NCBI RefSeq assembly: GCF_000172995.2 | Contig: NC_014729.1 | Coordinates: forward strand, 510,001-542,000 | Source: Halogeometricum borinquense DSM 11551 | GTDB lineage: Archaea > Halobacteriota > Halobacteria > Halobacteriales > Haloferacaceae | DNA length: 32,000 nucleotides | Direction: 5' to 3' | Shown here: one piece after another, positions 16,436 to 25,358 of the stretch | How the letters are laid out: each line of letters opens with the position of its first letter | How positions within the stretch are numbered: the first letter of the stretch is position 1 | Program-made: the position numbers and the translations under genes | Notes under the pieces: model-generated | Told to the model about the DNA's origin: nothing | The model's database searches: none | Seen by the model: only the letters and a program-made list of their open reading frames with translations

Positions 16436-16718
16436 TTACCAATTTACTATTTGGAAGCGACCAACTAAGTACCAATATATCGCTCTCGGACATCACAGAA
16501 TTACCAATATATTACCACTGCCGTTTTCGCCGGGACCAATCTATGACGCCTCGGGACTGTCCCAGTACCAACTTATTGCGACCCGATCACTAGAACATAC
16601 CAAATTATTACCACACTGTCACTCCCTCATTACCGCCTTATTACCAGCTTGCTACCGCTCGTCGGACGGTCGTCGGACGGTCCCCGTGGCACTTATGTTA
16701 CCGTGGTCGAATACCTCT
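16436..16718 (+). repeat. Array of about 13 same-orientation TTACCAA-like motifs (consensus roughly TTACCAAyWTA) phased at multiples of about 10.7 bp
   Basis: The ACCA(A/C/G) or ACCG core starts at 16438, 16460, 16471, 16503, 16514, 16535, 16567, 16599, 16610, 16632, 16643, 16654 and 16700. Successive spacings are 22, 11, 32, 11, 21, 32, 32, 11, 22, 11, 11 and 46. No reverse-complement TGGTA copy occurs in the interval. Confidence 0.7.
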
Positions 16719-16722
16719 CCTC

Positions 16723-16968
16723 ATGGCCGATGTACTCGCCGAGAATCTCTCCGGGAAGGCCGTCATGGGTTCTGACGGGACGGAGCTCGGAATGCTGTAC
16801 AACATCACGATGAATCTGAAGACGGGGAAGCTCCACGATCTGCTCGTCTCGCCGCACGAGGAGATTCATCCGGATCAGTTCTCCTTCCAACAAGACGAGC
16901 AGGGGCGCTTTTGCGTCCCCGTCTCTCGGGTCCAAGCCGTAAAAGACTACATCGTCGTTCAACGATAG
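16723..16968 (+). CDS. PRC-barrel domain protein
   Basis: 81-aa ORF. LSGKAVMGSDGTELGMLYNITMNLKTGKLHDLLV is the typical PRC-barrel core. A TATA-like CTTATGTTA at 16692-16700 lies about 27 nt upstream. Confidence 0.8.
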   Translation: MADVLAENLSGKAVMGSDGTELGMLYNITMNLKTGKLHDLLVSPHEEIHPDQFSFQQDEQGRFCVPVSRVQAVKDYIVVQR

Positions 16969-16986
16969 ACAGGGACAACACTGCCG

Positions 16987-17445
16987 ATGCAGGTTCTCGA
17001 CTCTTCCGCGTTCATCCACGAGTACCACACCGACGACCAGACAGCCTCAATTCCGCTCGTCAGCGACGAGTTGGAGGGAGAGGCTTCCTTCCGCTTCGAC
17101 GCTATGGAAGGGGCGGGGATGCACATCCACATCCCCGCGTCGGGAACCGTCGAGAAAATCCGGCGCGCTGCCGGGGAAACTGGCGACCGAGAGACGCTCT
17201 CGGACACAGACATCCGTCTTCTGGCCGCCGCGTTCGAACTTGACGCGACTCTCGTCACCGACGATTACGCGATGCAGAACGTCGCCGAACGCGTCAACGT
17301 ACACGTAAACGTCATCGCACAGGACGGTATCGAAGAACAGCGCGACTGGCGGTTCCAGTGTCAAGGCTGTGGCCGCGAGTTCGACGAACACAAAGACCGC
17401 TGTCCCATCTGCGGGATGGAACTCGCGCGGAAGAATCCGGCGTAA
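16987..17445 (+). CDS. nob1: Nob1-type endonuclease (PIN domain plus C-terminal zinc ribbon), 16S rRNA 3'-end maturation
   Basis: 152-aa ORF. The N-terminal MQVLDSSAFI and the later LVTDDYAMQNVA are PIN acidic-residue contexts. The C-terminus has CQGCGREF...CPICG. Confidence 0.85.
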   Translation: MQVLDSSAFIHEYHTDDQTASIPLVSDELEGEASFRFDAMEGAGMHIHIPASGTVEKIRRAAGETGDRETLSDTDIRLLAAAFELDATLVTDDYAMQNVAERVNVHVNVIAQDGIEEQRDWRFQCQGCGREFDEHKDRCPICGMELARKNPA

Positions 17446-17511
17446 CGGCTGCGACAGACAGCTCAACGCCATCCGCGCTTTCGGGAAATCCGGTCCACTG
17501 AGCGGTGCGTA

Positions 17512-18261
17512 TCACACTGACCCTACAAGTCCAACCGCCATCGCGTAGGTGGCGGCGAACTGGACGGTGTTGTAGAGCCCGTGCGCGACGACGGGGACGA
17601 CTAGGCTCTCGCTTTTCTCGTAGACGATGCCGAGAACGCCGCCGAGAATCAGGACGACGATGAGCGAGACGACCGCCCCCTCACCGGTAAAGGAGGTGGC
17701 GTGGATCGATGCGAACGTCAGACTCGACCCCGCGATAGCGAACGGGACGCCGTACTCACGCCGGAACAGTCCCTGCACGACCCCACGGAACACCAGTTCC
17801 TCCGTCGGTGCGACGAGGAGCAGCGTCACCGGGATGTAGTACAGCAACAGCACAGGCTGGCCCTCCGCTGTCGCGGCAACTGCGCTGTCACCGCTGTCGA
17901 TTCCCAACGCGGTGAGGCCGACGTTGATGGCCAGATAGAGGACGAGGAGGACGCCGAACCCGGCGGTGATCCACTTCAGATCGCGCAGCGACGGCACGCG
18001 GCGGTACACTAACTCCCACTGGTCAGTCACAGTGAGGTAGCCGACGGCGGCGACGCCGAAGCCAACGAACTGTGACCCACTCCGCAGGGCGATGTAAAGC
18101 GCGCTCCCGCGGTCGATACCGACCGTTCGGAAGATGGCTGTCCCGAAGGAGACGAAGATGCTGGCACAGAGGAGGACGAGGACGACGACGAGAGCAACGC
18201 TCCCGAACGCCCGAACGGGTGCGGGAAGGTCGCTGGTTTGGGAGGACACGTCAGAAGCCAT
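17512..18261 (-). CDS. CPBP-family intramembrane glutamic endopeptidase (CAAX protease-like)
   Basis: Multi-TM 249-aa ORF with the PTEELVFRG, FASIHA and HGLYN motifs. Confidence 0.85.
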   Translation of the reverse strand: MASDVSSQTSDLPAPVRAFGSVALVVVLVLLCASIFVSFGTAIFRTVGIDRGSALYIALRSGSQFVGFGVAAVGYLTVTDQWELVYRRVPSLRDLKWITAGFGVLLVLYLAINVGLTALGIDSGDSAVAATAEGQPVLLLYYIPVTLLLVAPTEELVFRGVVQGLFRREYGVPFAIAGSSLTFASIHATSFTGEGAVVSLIVVLILGGVLGIVYEKSESLVVPVVAHGLYNTVQFAATYAMAVGLVGSV

Positions 18262-18350
18262 GTCGTTGCCGGCCGTAGGATGCGGTGGCGGATAGGAATG
18301 CCGGTCCCGACAGCGGATTCCGTGAGCTGACTATGTGAGGGCGATGCTGG

Positions 18351-19643
18351 TCATTCGACGACCAACTGCGTCTTCTCGGATACTGCGTCGGCCTCCTCGA
18401 AGTCGCCGCCGCCGAGGAGTCCACGCGCGGCGCGCTTGCCCCACTCGACGGCCGGTTGGGTAAACGTCGAGACGCCGGCGAGTTCGCCGTAGAGGACGCA
18501 CGCCGCTTCCATCCCGTAGAGGAGTTCGCCCAGTCCGCGTTCGTCCACGTCGTCGATTTCGACGCGGATGTTCGGCACGCCCGCGGCGGCGAGACTCGCT
18601 TCGGTCGCCTCGAACTCGGCGTCGAGGAGGTCGCCCAGCGACGACCCGCCGAGATAGGAGAGACCCTCTAGGTCCGTCTCGGGAATCGCTCTGTCGTCGC
18701 GTTCGGTCGGTCGAACGAGCGTCACGAGTTTGTCGCGCGGCCCCGCGCGGTACAGTTGCAGTTGGGAGTGCTGGTCGGTCGCGCCGAGCGCGCGCGCGGG
18801 CGTCTGTCCGAGGCCGTCTTTTCCGAGACTCTCGGCCCACAGCTGGGCGAACCACTCTGCGAAGTACTCCAAGTCCTCGCTGTAGGGCATCATCGCGTTC
18901 GTCAGCGCACCGCGGTTGGCGAGTGCGTAGGACGCCGCACCGTACGCGTACGCGGGCGATTCAAACAATGATCCTGAGAGGCGGTCGGCTTCCGCCTGCG
19001 CGCCCGCCAGAAGCGCCTCTAAGTCGTGTCCCTGAATCGCGGCGACCGCGAGCCCGACTGTCGAGAGAGCGGAGAAACGACCGGGGACACCGTCAGGTAC
19101 CGGCAGAGACGGCAGGTCGTGTTTCGCCGCGAGATTTCGGAGATTGCCTTCCTCGCCCGTCGTGACGAACGTGCGCTCGGTCCAATCGACGCCCGCTGAC
19201 TCCATCGCGTCGCGGACGACGAGGAAGTTCGACAGCGTCTCGGCCGTCGTCCCCGACCGGGAGACGACGTTGACAACGGTCTCCGAGAGCGAGAGCGAAT
19301 CGAGAAGACGCGTGACGTGTTCGGGGTCCACGTTGTCGAGGTAGTACGCCTCGGGGTCGTCCGGGCCGGAGAGACCCGCCGAGAGCGTCGCCGCACCGAG
19401 TGCGCTTCCGCCGATGCCGACGGTGACGACGGCTTCGGGTGACTCGAACGGTTCGACGGCAGCACGAATCGCGTCAGGATCAGCCGTTTCTGGGAGGTTC
19501 AACGCAGCGTAGCCGTGTTCGGCGTCTGCGCGCCCCGCTTCGATGGTTTCGTGCGCGGCAGCCACCTGTTCGTCCAACCGTTCGAGTGACGCCTCCGAGA
19601 CACCGGGCGTCGTCGAAAGTATGTTGCCGAGGTCAACTCGCAT
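18351..19643 (-). CDS. pgi: Glucose-6-phosphate isomerase
   Basis: GIGGSALGAATL and VSRSGTTAET motifs of the SIS/PGI family. The ATG at 19641-19643 (MRVDLGN...) is preferred to the upstream start at 19685. Confidence 0.9.
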   Translation of the reverse strand: MRVDLGNILSTTPGVSEASLERLDEQVAAAHETIEAGRADAEHGYAALNLPETADPDAIRAAVEPFESPEAVVTVGIGGSALGAATLSAGLSGPDDPEAYYLDNVDPEHVTRLLDSLSLSETVVNVVSRSGTTAETLSNFLVVRDAMESAGVDWTERTFVTTGEEGNLRNLAAKHDLPSLPVPDGVPGRFSALSTVGLAVAAIQGHDLEALLAGAQAEADRLSGSLFESPAYAYGAASYALANRGALTNAMMPYSEDLEYFAEWFAQLWAESLGKDGLGQTPARALGATDQHSQLQLYRAGPRDKLVTLVRPTERDDRAIPETDLEGLSYLGGSSLGDLLDAEFEATEASLAAAGVPNIRVEIDDVDERGLGELLYGMEAACVLYGELAGVSTFTQPAVEWGKRAARGLLGGGDFEEADAVSEKTQLVVE

Positions 19644-19769
19644 GCGTGAACGCGCGATGGCGGCGGGCAAAAAGGTGGTCGTCATTCGGCCAACGCCGGC
19701 AACCGAACAGCAGCCGAAGCCGAATCACGGACCGGTTCGCTCAAGAGTCGGGGACACCAACATCCGGCG

Positions 19770-20303
19770 ATGGCCTCGGGATACAACGGCGTCTTCGGGG
19801 CGTTCCCCTACGCCTTTCGGCAGAGTCGGTCGCGCCTGTTCAAATCGTACGTCGTCTGCAGTGCACTCGCCGTCGCGTTCATCTCGCTTTTCATCGTTAT
19901 CGCTCTCATCGTTCTCGTCGGGCAGACGGCGGCCATACAAGGCGGACAACTAACGCTCTCGCGGGCGTTTTACATCGTCGTCGGCCTTCTCGTTATCCTT
20001 CCGGCGGTTGCGCCGACGCTCGTCGTCGCCCGCCGACACCGCCGCGGCATCGAGTCGTCGCCACGGTACGAGGTTGCGTTAGCTATCGCTGGGTACCTGT
20101 TCTTGCTCTCGCTGTACCTCGGTGCCGTCGCGTCGATGCCTGAGACGTTCGTCCTCGACGGCGAGACGGTCGCGCGCCCAGCGCCGACGGGATTGTTCGC
20201 CCCCGTGATTTCGCTTCTGTATGCGATTCCACAGGCGTTCTCGTGGTCGGTTCCGCTGGTGGGCGCACTCCTCGTCGCCGCTGCCCACAAACTGTTCGGC
20301 TAA
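19770..20303 (+). CDS. Integral membrane protein, function unknown
   Basis: 177-aa ORF with about 4 hydrophobic helices and high GC3. Confidence 0.7.
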   Translation: MASGYNGVFGAFPYAFRQSRSRLFKSYVVCSALAVAFISLFIVIALIVLVGQTAAIQGGQLTLSRAFYIVVGLLVILPAVAPTLVVARRHRRGIESSPRYEVALAIAGYLFLLSLYLGAVASMPETFVLDGETVARPAPTGLFAPVISLLYAIPQAFSWSVPLVGALLVAAAHKLFG

Positions 20304-20330
20304 CTTTTCTCACAGCCTCGCCGCCGACTG

Positions 20331-21014
20331 CTACGACCCGACTGCGGTGAACCGCTCGCGGGCGGCGTAGATGCTCACCGAGAGCAGAGCGATGACGCTG
20401 AGGATGGCGAGTGCGGTCGTCGTCTGTCCCGCGGCGAACTCGTCGCCGACGAGCGCGACGAGCGCGAACGTTGGGAGACGACCGACGGCAACGAGGGCGA
20501 TGAATGTCCGGTAGCGGAGCGTCGTTATCCCGGCCAACGCGCAGATGGCGTCGTCAGGAAACGTCGGCAGGAGGAAGACGGCGAACAGACCGATAACGCC
20601 GTGTTCGGCGGCGAACGAGTCGAACCGGTCGAGTACGTCGGCGGCGATGACGCGTTCGACGAACGGACGACCGTACCGCCGCGCGAGACAGAACACGACA
20701 GTACTGCCGATGACGACGCCGAGCATGCTGTACGCCGTTCCGGCCACAGTTCCGAACAAATAGCCGCCGACGATACCGAGCGTCTGCCCCGGAATCGGAG
20801 CAAACACCACCTGCGCCGTCTGGACGATGATGAACCCCGGGGCAGCGTACGGTCCGAGTCCGACCACCGTCGCGCGAATCCATGCGGGATCGAAGATGAA
20901 CGACGCATACCGTCGGACGGAGACTGCGCCGATAAAGAGGAGAAGACAGCAGAGGCCGAGTCTGCGGACGGTCGTCCGCCTCGCCGCTGAGGACGCAAAT
21001 AGCCTCGTCCTCAT
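20331..21014 (-). CDS. TVP38/TMEM64 (DedA-related, SNARE-associated) family membrane protein
   Basis: 227-aa multi-TM ORF with the VFAPIPGQTLGIVGGYLFG signature. Its ATG overlaps the stop of the upstream gene (ATGA at 21011-21014). Confidence 0.8.
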   Translation of the reverse strand: MRTRLFASSAARRTTVRRLGLCCLLLFIGAVSVRRYASFIFDPAWIRATVVGLGPYAAPGFIIVQTAQVVFAPIPGQTLGIVGGYLFGTVAGTAYSMLGVVIGSTVVFCLARRYGRPFVERVIAADVLDRFDSFAAEHGVIGLFAVFLLPTFPDDAICALAGITTLRYRTFIALVAVGRLPTFALVALVGDEFAAGQTTTALAILSVIALLSVSIYAARERFTAVGS

Positions 21015-21709
21015 ACGATGCCGAGTTCGAGACCGAGACAGAGAGCGACGGTGACGGCACCACCGACTGCGACGAGGAAATGCGCGTTGTCAGTCTTCGG
21101 TGCTTTGTACTCCGAAGTCATCAGCGGGCAGACGGCGACGATAGTGAGGCCCGCAACCCATCCGTTCCAGAACGGGACGAACTGGAGGAGAAAGTAGTTC
21201 ACGAGGACAACGAGGTGGGTGTGGACCACCGTCGTCCCGTGGTAGTAGCTCGTGTCGCCGTCGCCGACGAAGCCCTCGTCGTTATGTCGAATCAGGCGCA
21301 GGCCGCCGAACATGAGGACGACGAAGCCAACGACGGCGCTGGCAATCCAGTGCGGGCGCATGGCGACGTGGTAGACGAGCGCGGCCGAGACGAGGTAGGT
21401 GAAGATGTCGATAAAGGAGTCGATCTGTCGGCCGAACGACGACGGCGTTCCGTGTTCGCGCGCGTAGTAGCCGTCGAGTTTATCGAAGACGAACCCACCG
21501 AGGACGGCGACGATACCCCAGTTGACCTCGCCTTGGACGAACAACACTGCACCCACCCACGCCCAAAACAGCGCGGCGAGACTCAACCAATCGGCGACGG
21601 TGAGTCGCTGGATCATGTTGTCGCCCGTTGACGACCGCACCACCCGCCGCGCCCGCGTGTCGAGTCGCTCGGTCCACCCGCCGCGTGCTGACCTCCCTTC
21701 GCTTGACAT
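21011..21709 (-). CDS. CDP-alcohol phosphatidyltransferase (archaeal polar-lipid head-group synthase type)
   Basis: DKLDGYYAREHGTPSSFGRQIDSFIDIFTY fits the D-x2-DG-x2-AR-x8-G-x3-D-x3-D motif. The maximal ORF start at 21757 would lie inside the TATA-like TATAAAAT at 21743-21750, so I prefer the ATG at 21709. The ATG at 21616 is also possible. Confidence 0.82.
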   Translation of the reverse strand: MSSEGRSARGGWTERLDTRARRVVRSSTGDNMIQRLTVADWLSLAALFWAWVGAVLFVQGEVNWGIVAVLGGFVFDKLDGYYAREHGTPSSFGRQIDSFIDIFTYLVSAALVYHVAMRPHWIASAVVGFVVLMFGGLRLIRHNDEGFVGDGDTSYYHGTTVVHTHLVVLVNYFLLQFVPFWNGWVAGLTIVAVCPLMTSEYKAPKTDNAHFLVAVGGAVTVALCLGLELGIV

Positions 21710-21780
21710 CGTGGCTCTACTCGGACCACTCGGCGGGAGACGTATAAAATTACGCACCTAAGTACATAATACAAATAAAT

Positions 21781-22389
21781 CTATATACGAATATAGGGAT
21801 ACTGACTGCTCCCTTCCGCTCCCAACTGCTCTATTGACCGGTGGGAGAGGGGGCCGACTCGATAGTAGACGTGTTCGTGTACGGCTTCGAAGCCGTTCGC
21901 CTCGAACAGCCACCGTGATGGTTTGTTGTCGCGGGCGACGAGCGCGTGGGCGGCCGTGGCGTCGCGGTCGGCCGCCCATTCGCGCGCACGAGATACCAGT
22001 GCAGTGGCGATGCCGCGGTTGCGATAGTCGGGTTGGACGAAGACGCGGCGGACGTACCCCCCGTCGAACCGAAGCGTCTCTTCGAGTGGATGAATGCGGT
22101 GTCGGGTGTCCAGACTCACGAACAGGTAGCCGACGATGGTCTCATCGTCCAGGGCGCAAATGACTCGTTCCTCCGGCAAGAGTTCCGCGAACGCTCCGTA
22201 CTCGTTCCCCACGTCCTCGCGCGTTCGCGTCTCGAAGCGGACGCCATCGGCGTCGTTACCGGCACCTCGGCCGTCTGTTGGGTCCGCGATGTACTGGTAC
22301 ATCCGCGTCCCCGTGATACCGACGCGTTTCAGCGTCTCGTACACTCGTCGGGCGTGGTCGGTCCGCGTCAGTCGCCACAGCGCGGGCAT
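21781..22389 (-). CDS. GNAT-family N-acetyltransferase
   Basis: 202-aa ORF with RRVFVQPDYRNRGIATALVSRA (R/Q-x-x-G-x-A acetyl-CoA motif) and NKPSRWLFEANGFE. Confidence 0.8.
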   Translation of the reverse strand: MPALWRLTRTDHARRVYETLKRVGITGTRMYQYIADPTDGRGAGNDADGVRFETRTREDVGNEYGAFAELLPEERVICALDDETIVGYLFVSLDTRHRIHPLEETLRFDGGYVRRVFVQPDYRNRGIATALVSRAREWAADRDATAAHALVARDNKPSRWLFEANGFEAVHEHVYYRVGPLSHRSIEQLGAEGSSQYPYIRI

Positions 22390-22471
22390 GTCGGAGGCGT
22401 CCGTGCCGAACGCGATAACTCCTCGGATGGGGACGAAACCGGGAAAAGGACTCGTGGCCTACTCGTCGGCG

Positions 22472-22948
22472 ATGACCGAGGACGAACGGGTCGAAGGGAC
22501 GTTTCTCGTAACCGCCGCGGACGAGGACTCTGCGGTGCTGAAGAACGTCGAGAGCGGGCAGGTACACACGCTGTCGTCGAATCCCGGCGTCGAACGCCAC
22601 GACGCCGTCGAGGGAGTGGTCGCTCCCGATCCGCCGATGAACGTGACGTACCAACTCATCGAAGTCGAGTCGAAGTGGGGACTCTCTATCGAAGTCTCCG
22701 AGGAGTCACCAACGGCGGATTCACGCGATATCGCGGCCGACCAGCCGGTCGGTGATCTCACTCGAAAGGAACGCGCAGGAATCGGTGAGATTCACGTTAT
22801 CACCGTCCCCGAGGGGGAGACCGAACAGGCCGTGTCGGACGTGGCCGAGGACGAGGAGAACACGCTATCGCGGGCCGCCCGACTCGGCGTGAACCGCGTC
22901 GAGATCCGATCCGATTCGGGCGTCGTCGCCGTTCGGTACATGCCCTGA
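22472..22948 (+). CDS. Conserved-looking acidic hypothetical protein
   Basis: The internal ATG at 22472 (MTEDERVEGTFLVTAADEDSAVLKNVESGQVHTL...) starts the acidic, high-GC3 part. The upstream part of the 270-aa tracked ORF is antisense to the GNAT gene and is basic. Confidence 0.7.
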   Translation: MTEDERVEGTFLVTAADEDSAVLKNVESGQVHTLSSNPGVERHDAVEGVVAPDPPMNVTYQLIEVESKWGLSIEVSEESPTADSRDIAADQPVGDLTRKERAGIGEIHVITVPEGETEQAVSDVAEDEENTLSRAARLGVNRVEIRSDSGVVAVRYMP

Positions 22949-22960
22949 GAAAGGCGACTG

Positions 22961-23875
22961 TTACTCGACAACCTCCACGTCGTACTTGCTCCGCCAGCGA
23001 TAGCGCCGCCCGCCCCAGACGAACGTCCGACGCACGAGACCGTACAGGAACAGCGGCAGTTGGAGCATCATCGCGGGATATCCAAGGAGAGCGGTCCACC
23101 GCCGGACGCCGAAGAAGGCGTAGACGGCAACCGAAAGGAGCGTCGAGAGGACGAAAACCAGAACCGGAGACAGCGCACCCATGACAGTGAACAGGGCGGC
23201 GAGTCCGAGTATCACACCCATCCCTCGCGGTTCGTGCCGATAGACGATCTGCGAAAACCGGACGTGCCGCTCTGCCGATTCGCGGATGCTCCCCCCGACC
23301 GGGACGAGACGCGCCCGGCGCAGCGTGGTCAAATCGAGATGTTCCGAGAGAAGGCCATCGTCACTCACCGTTTGGCAGAGTGCCGCGAGGAACGCCGTTT
23401 CGCCGATATCGTCTCGTTCGAACATCACCGCCCCACCCCACGCCTTGTTGTCCTGGTACGTTCCCAGCGTCCCGCCGATAGCGTACAGCGGTTCTGTCAG
23501 CGTCGAGAGCGGGTCGCGGCCGACGAAGAACGGCACTTCGCTGACCGGACCGTGCCGTTCGTAGTCGGCGTGCAAGGAGTCCAACCAGTCCGGCGGATGC
23601 ACGAAGTCGTCGTCGGTCCACACGATTCTGTCGTGTCGTGCGGCCCCCATCCCGACGGCGATGGCGTTCGCCTTGCCCGAACATCCCTCGGGGTCGCCCG
23701 CTATGACCAGTCGGACCCCCTCGGGGAGGTCGTCCGCGCGGGCCGCCACAGGGTCGGCGTCGTTGTCGCAGACGATGAGGAGTTCGTCGTCGGGTCCGAG
23801 TTGTGACGCCACGTCGTCGCAGGCGTCCGTCCACCGAACGGTGGGGAGGAGAACGCTCGTTGGTGGGGTGCCCAT
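22961..23875 (-). CDS. Family 2 glycosyltransferase with C-terminal TM segments
   Basis: SVLLPTV..., LIVCDND and WTDDDF (DxD-type) motifs, then hydrophobic C-terminal helices. The ATG at 23873-23875 is preferred over 23893. Confidence 0.82.
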   Translation of the reverse strand: MGTPPTSVLLPTVRWTDACDDVASQLGPDDELLIVCDNDADPVAARADDLPEGVRLVIAGDPEGCSGKANAIAVGMGAARHDRIVWTDDDFVHPPDWLDSLHADYERHGPVSEVPFFVGRDPLSTLTEPLYAIGGTLGTYQDNKAWGGAVMFERDDIGETAFLAALCQTVSDDGLLSEHLDLTTLRRARLVPVGGSIRESAERHVRFSQIVYRHEPRGMGVILGLAALFTVMGALSPVLVFVLSTLLSVAVYAFFGVRRWTALLGYPAMMLQLPLFLYGLVRRTFVWGGRRYRWRSKYDVEVVE

Positions 23876-23933
23876 GCGTAGTTCTTCCCACAACAGTACT
23901 GTAAATCAATCGACCTGTCTCGGGCTTCCCTGC

Positions 23934-24320
23934 TTAGCGTTCCTCCCGTGTTTTTCCGGTCGTCGCGTTCGGACCGCCCTCACTCTGCACCTGCCATCCG
24001 CCCGCCATCTCTCCGGGTTCTGTCTCGCGCGTCGTATACTCGATTTCGGTGTCCGAGCCCATCTCTCCCGGTCCATCGACGGACTCGATGCGAAGCGGAA
24101 CATCCAGCGAGTTCCCACAACAGCCAACGTCTACGAACTCTTCCCACGTGTGGCCGAGCGTGAGGTCGTCCAGCACTCGACGGAGATACTTGCGGAACCG
24201 GTCGGTGTCGAGTTGGTCGCGCGCCCACGCGCTGAGTTCGTCCGGGTAGGAGATAACGACACGCTGGGCCTGCTCGCGTTTGTTCGGAGCCGCTGTCGTG
24301 TCTGCCTGTCCATCAGTCAT
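23934..24320 (-). CDS. Hypothetical acidic protein
   Basis: 128-aa ORF with coding-like composition. No motif recognised. Confidence 0.55.
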   Translation of the reverse strand: MTDGQADTTAAPNKREQAQRVVISYPDELSAWARDQLDTDRFRKYLRRVLDDLTLGHTWEEFVDVGCCGNSLDVPLRIESVDGPGEMGSDTEIEYTTRETEPGEMAGGWQVQSEGGPNATTGKTREER

Positions 24321-24467
24321 ACGTTCTTCTACGATTCCTAGTGGTAAAATTTCTCATGGATGCGAGTCTCATGGGGGCACGGCTCTCGGTGTCGCTCCGC
24401 AGTATCTCCGGTCTAATGGTGCGGTCGTATAAGAAGGCTTATTCGGGAGCTATGACCAACGCCACGC

Positions 24468-25358
24468 ATGGTCGAGTTTACGGTACCGGAAGTCGACTAC
24501 ACCCGGTACACGAATCGCCAACTCGCGGCGGTCCCCCTTGCGGTGTTGGCGGTTGCGCTCCTCGTCGTCGCGGGATGGTACGTGGCGACCGGAGCCCCGG
24601 TTAACCAGGGTATCGAGTTCACTGGCGGCACCGAGATACAGGTCGTCGTCGATGACGCCTCGAACCCGCATGCACAGATTAACGACGCGTTCACGGCCGA
24701 ACCCGAATCGATTCAATCCGTCCCTGCGGAGGGGTCACTCTACATCGTCACCTTCCAATCCGAGGACGGCTCGTCGGGAGCGGTCAATTCCAACACGTTG
24801 GAGCAACAAGCCGAGAGTGCGGGCTTTGAGGTTCGCTCTATCTCCTCTGTGTCCGCCAATTTCGGCAGTGACACACAGTGGCTCGCTCTCGGCGGCGTCG
24901 CGGCCGCTTTCCTCGGGATGAGCATCCTCGTCTTCGCTATGTTCAGATCGTTCGTGCCATCTATCGCCGTCGTCATCTCGGCGTTTTCGGACATCGTCAT
25001 CCCCGTTGCCTTGATGAATATCCTCGGCATCGAACTTTCGCTCGGGACGGTGGCAGCCCTCTTGATGCTCATCGGGTATTCGGTGGACTCGGATATCCTG
25101 CTGAACAACCACATCCTCCGACGCTCCGGTGACTTCTATGAGTCCACCTACCGCGCGATGCGGACCGGTGTGACGATGACGCTCACGTCCATCGCGGCGA
25201 TGATCGTGATGACCATCACCGCGACGATCTTCGGTATTCAACTGCTCGCGGCCATCGGGACCGTCCTCGTTTTCGGTCTCGCGGCCGACCTGATGAACAC
25301 GTACATGCTCAATCTTAGCCTGCTTCGCTGGTACAAGTTCGAGGGGGTGAGTCGGTAA
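24468..25358 (+). CDS. secF: Protein-export membrane protein SecF
   Basis: 296-aa ORF with GIEFTGGTEIQV and the six-TM SecDF C-terminal core (ALLMLIGYSVDSDILL). Its stop overlaps the secD start (TAATG at 25356-25360). Confidence 0.9.
   Translation: MVEFTVPEVDYTRYTNRQLAAVPLAVLAVALLVVAGWYVATGAPVNQGIEFTGGTEIQVVVDDASNPHAQINDAFTAEPESIQSVPAEGSLYIVTFQSEDGSSGAVNSNTLEQQAESAGFEVRSISSVSANFGSDTQWLALGGVAAAFLGMSILVFAMFRSFVPSIAVVISAFSDIVIPVALMNILGIELSLGTVAALLMLIGYSVDSDILLNNHILRRSGDFYESTYRAMRTGVTMTLTSIAAMIVMTITATIFGIQLLAAIGTVLVFGLAADLMNTYMLNLSLLRWYKFEGVSR

Noticed and set aside
16436-16718. CRISPR array or tandem satellite as an explanation for the TACCA repeats
   Set aside because: The repeat unit is only about 7-12 nt. 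The spacings are variable multiples of about 11 bp rather than a fixed repeat-spacer period of about 60-70 bp. There are no cas genes nearby. It is better described as a phased binding-site-like array.
18331-18855. 174-aa Arg-rich minus-strand ORF overlapping the 3' part of pgi
   Set aside because: It is an alternative frame of the same strand as PGI. It is extremely Arg-rich (RRRGR runs), a frame artefact of GC-rich coding DNA.
21946-22471. Long N-terminal extensions of the plus-strand ORFs at 21946-22755 and 22136-22948
   Set aside because: The upstream portions run antisense through the GNAT gene (21781-22389) and are basic. Only the part from the ATG at 22472 has acidic, coding-like character.
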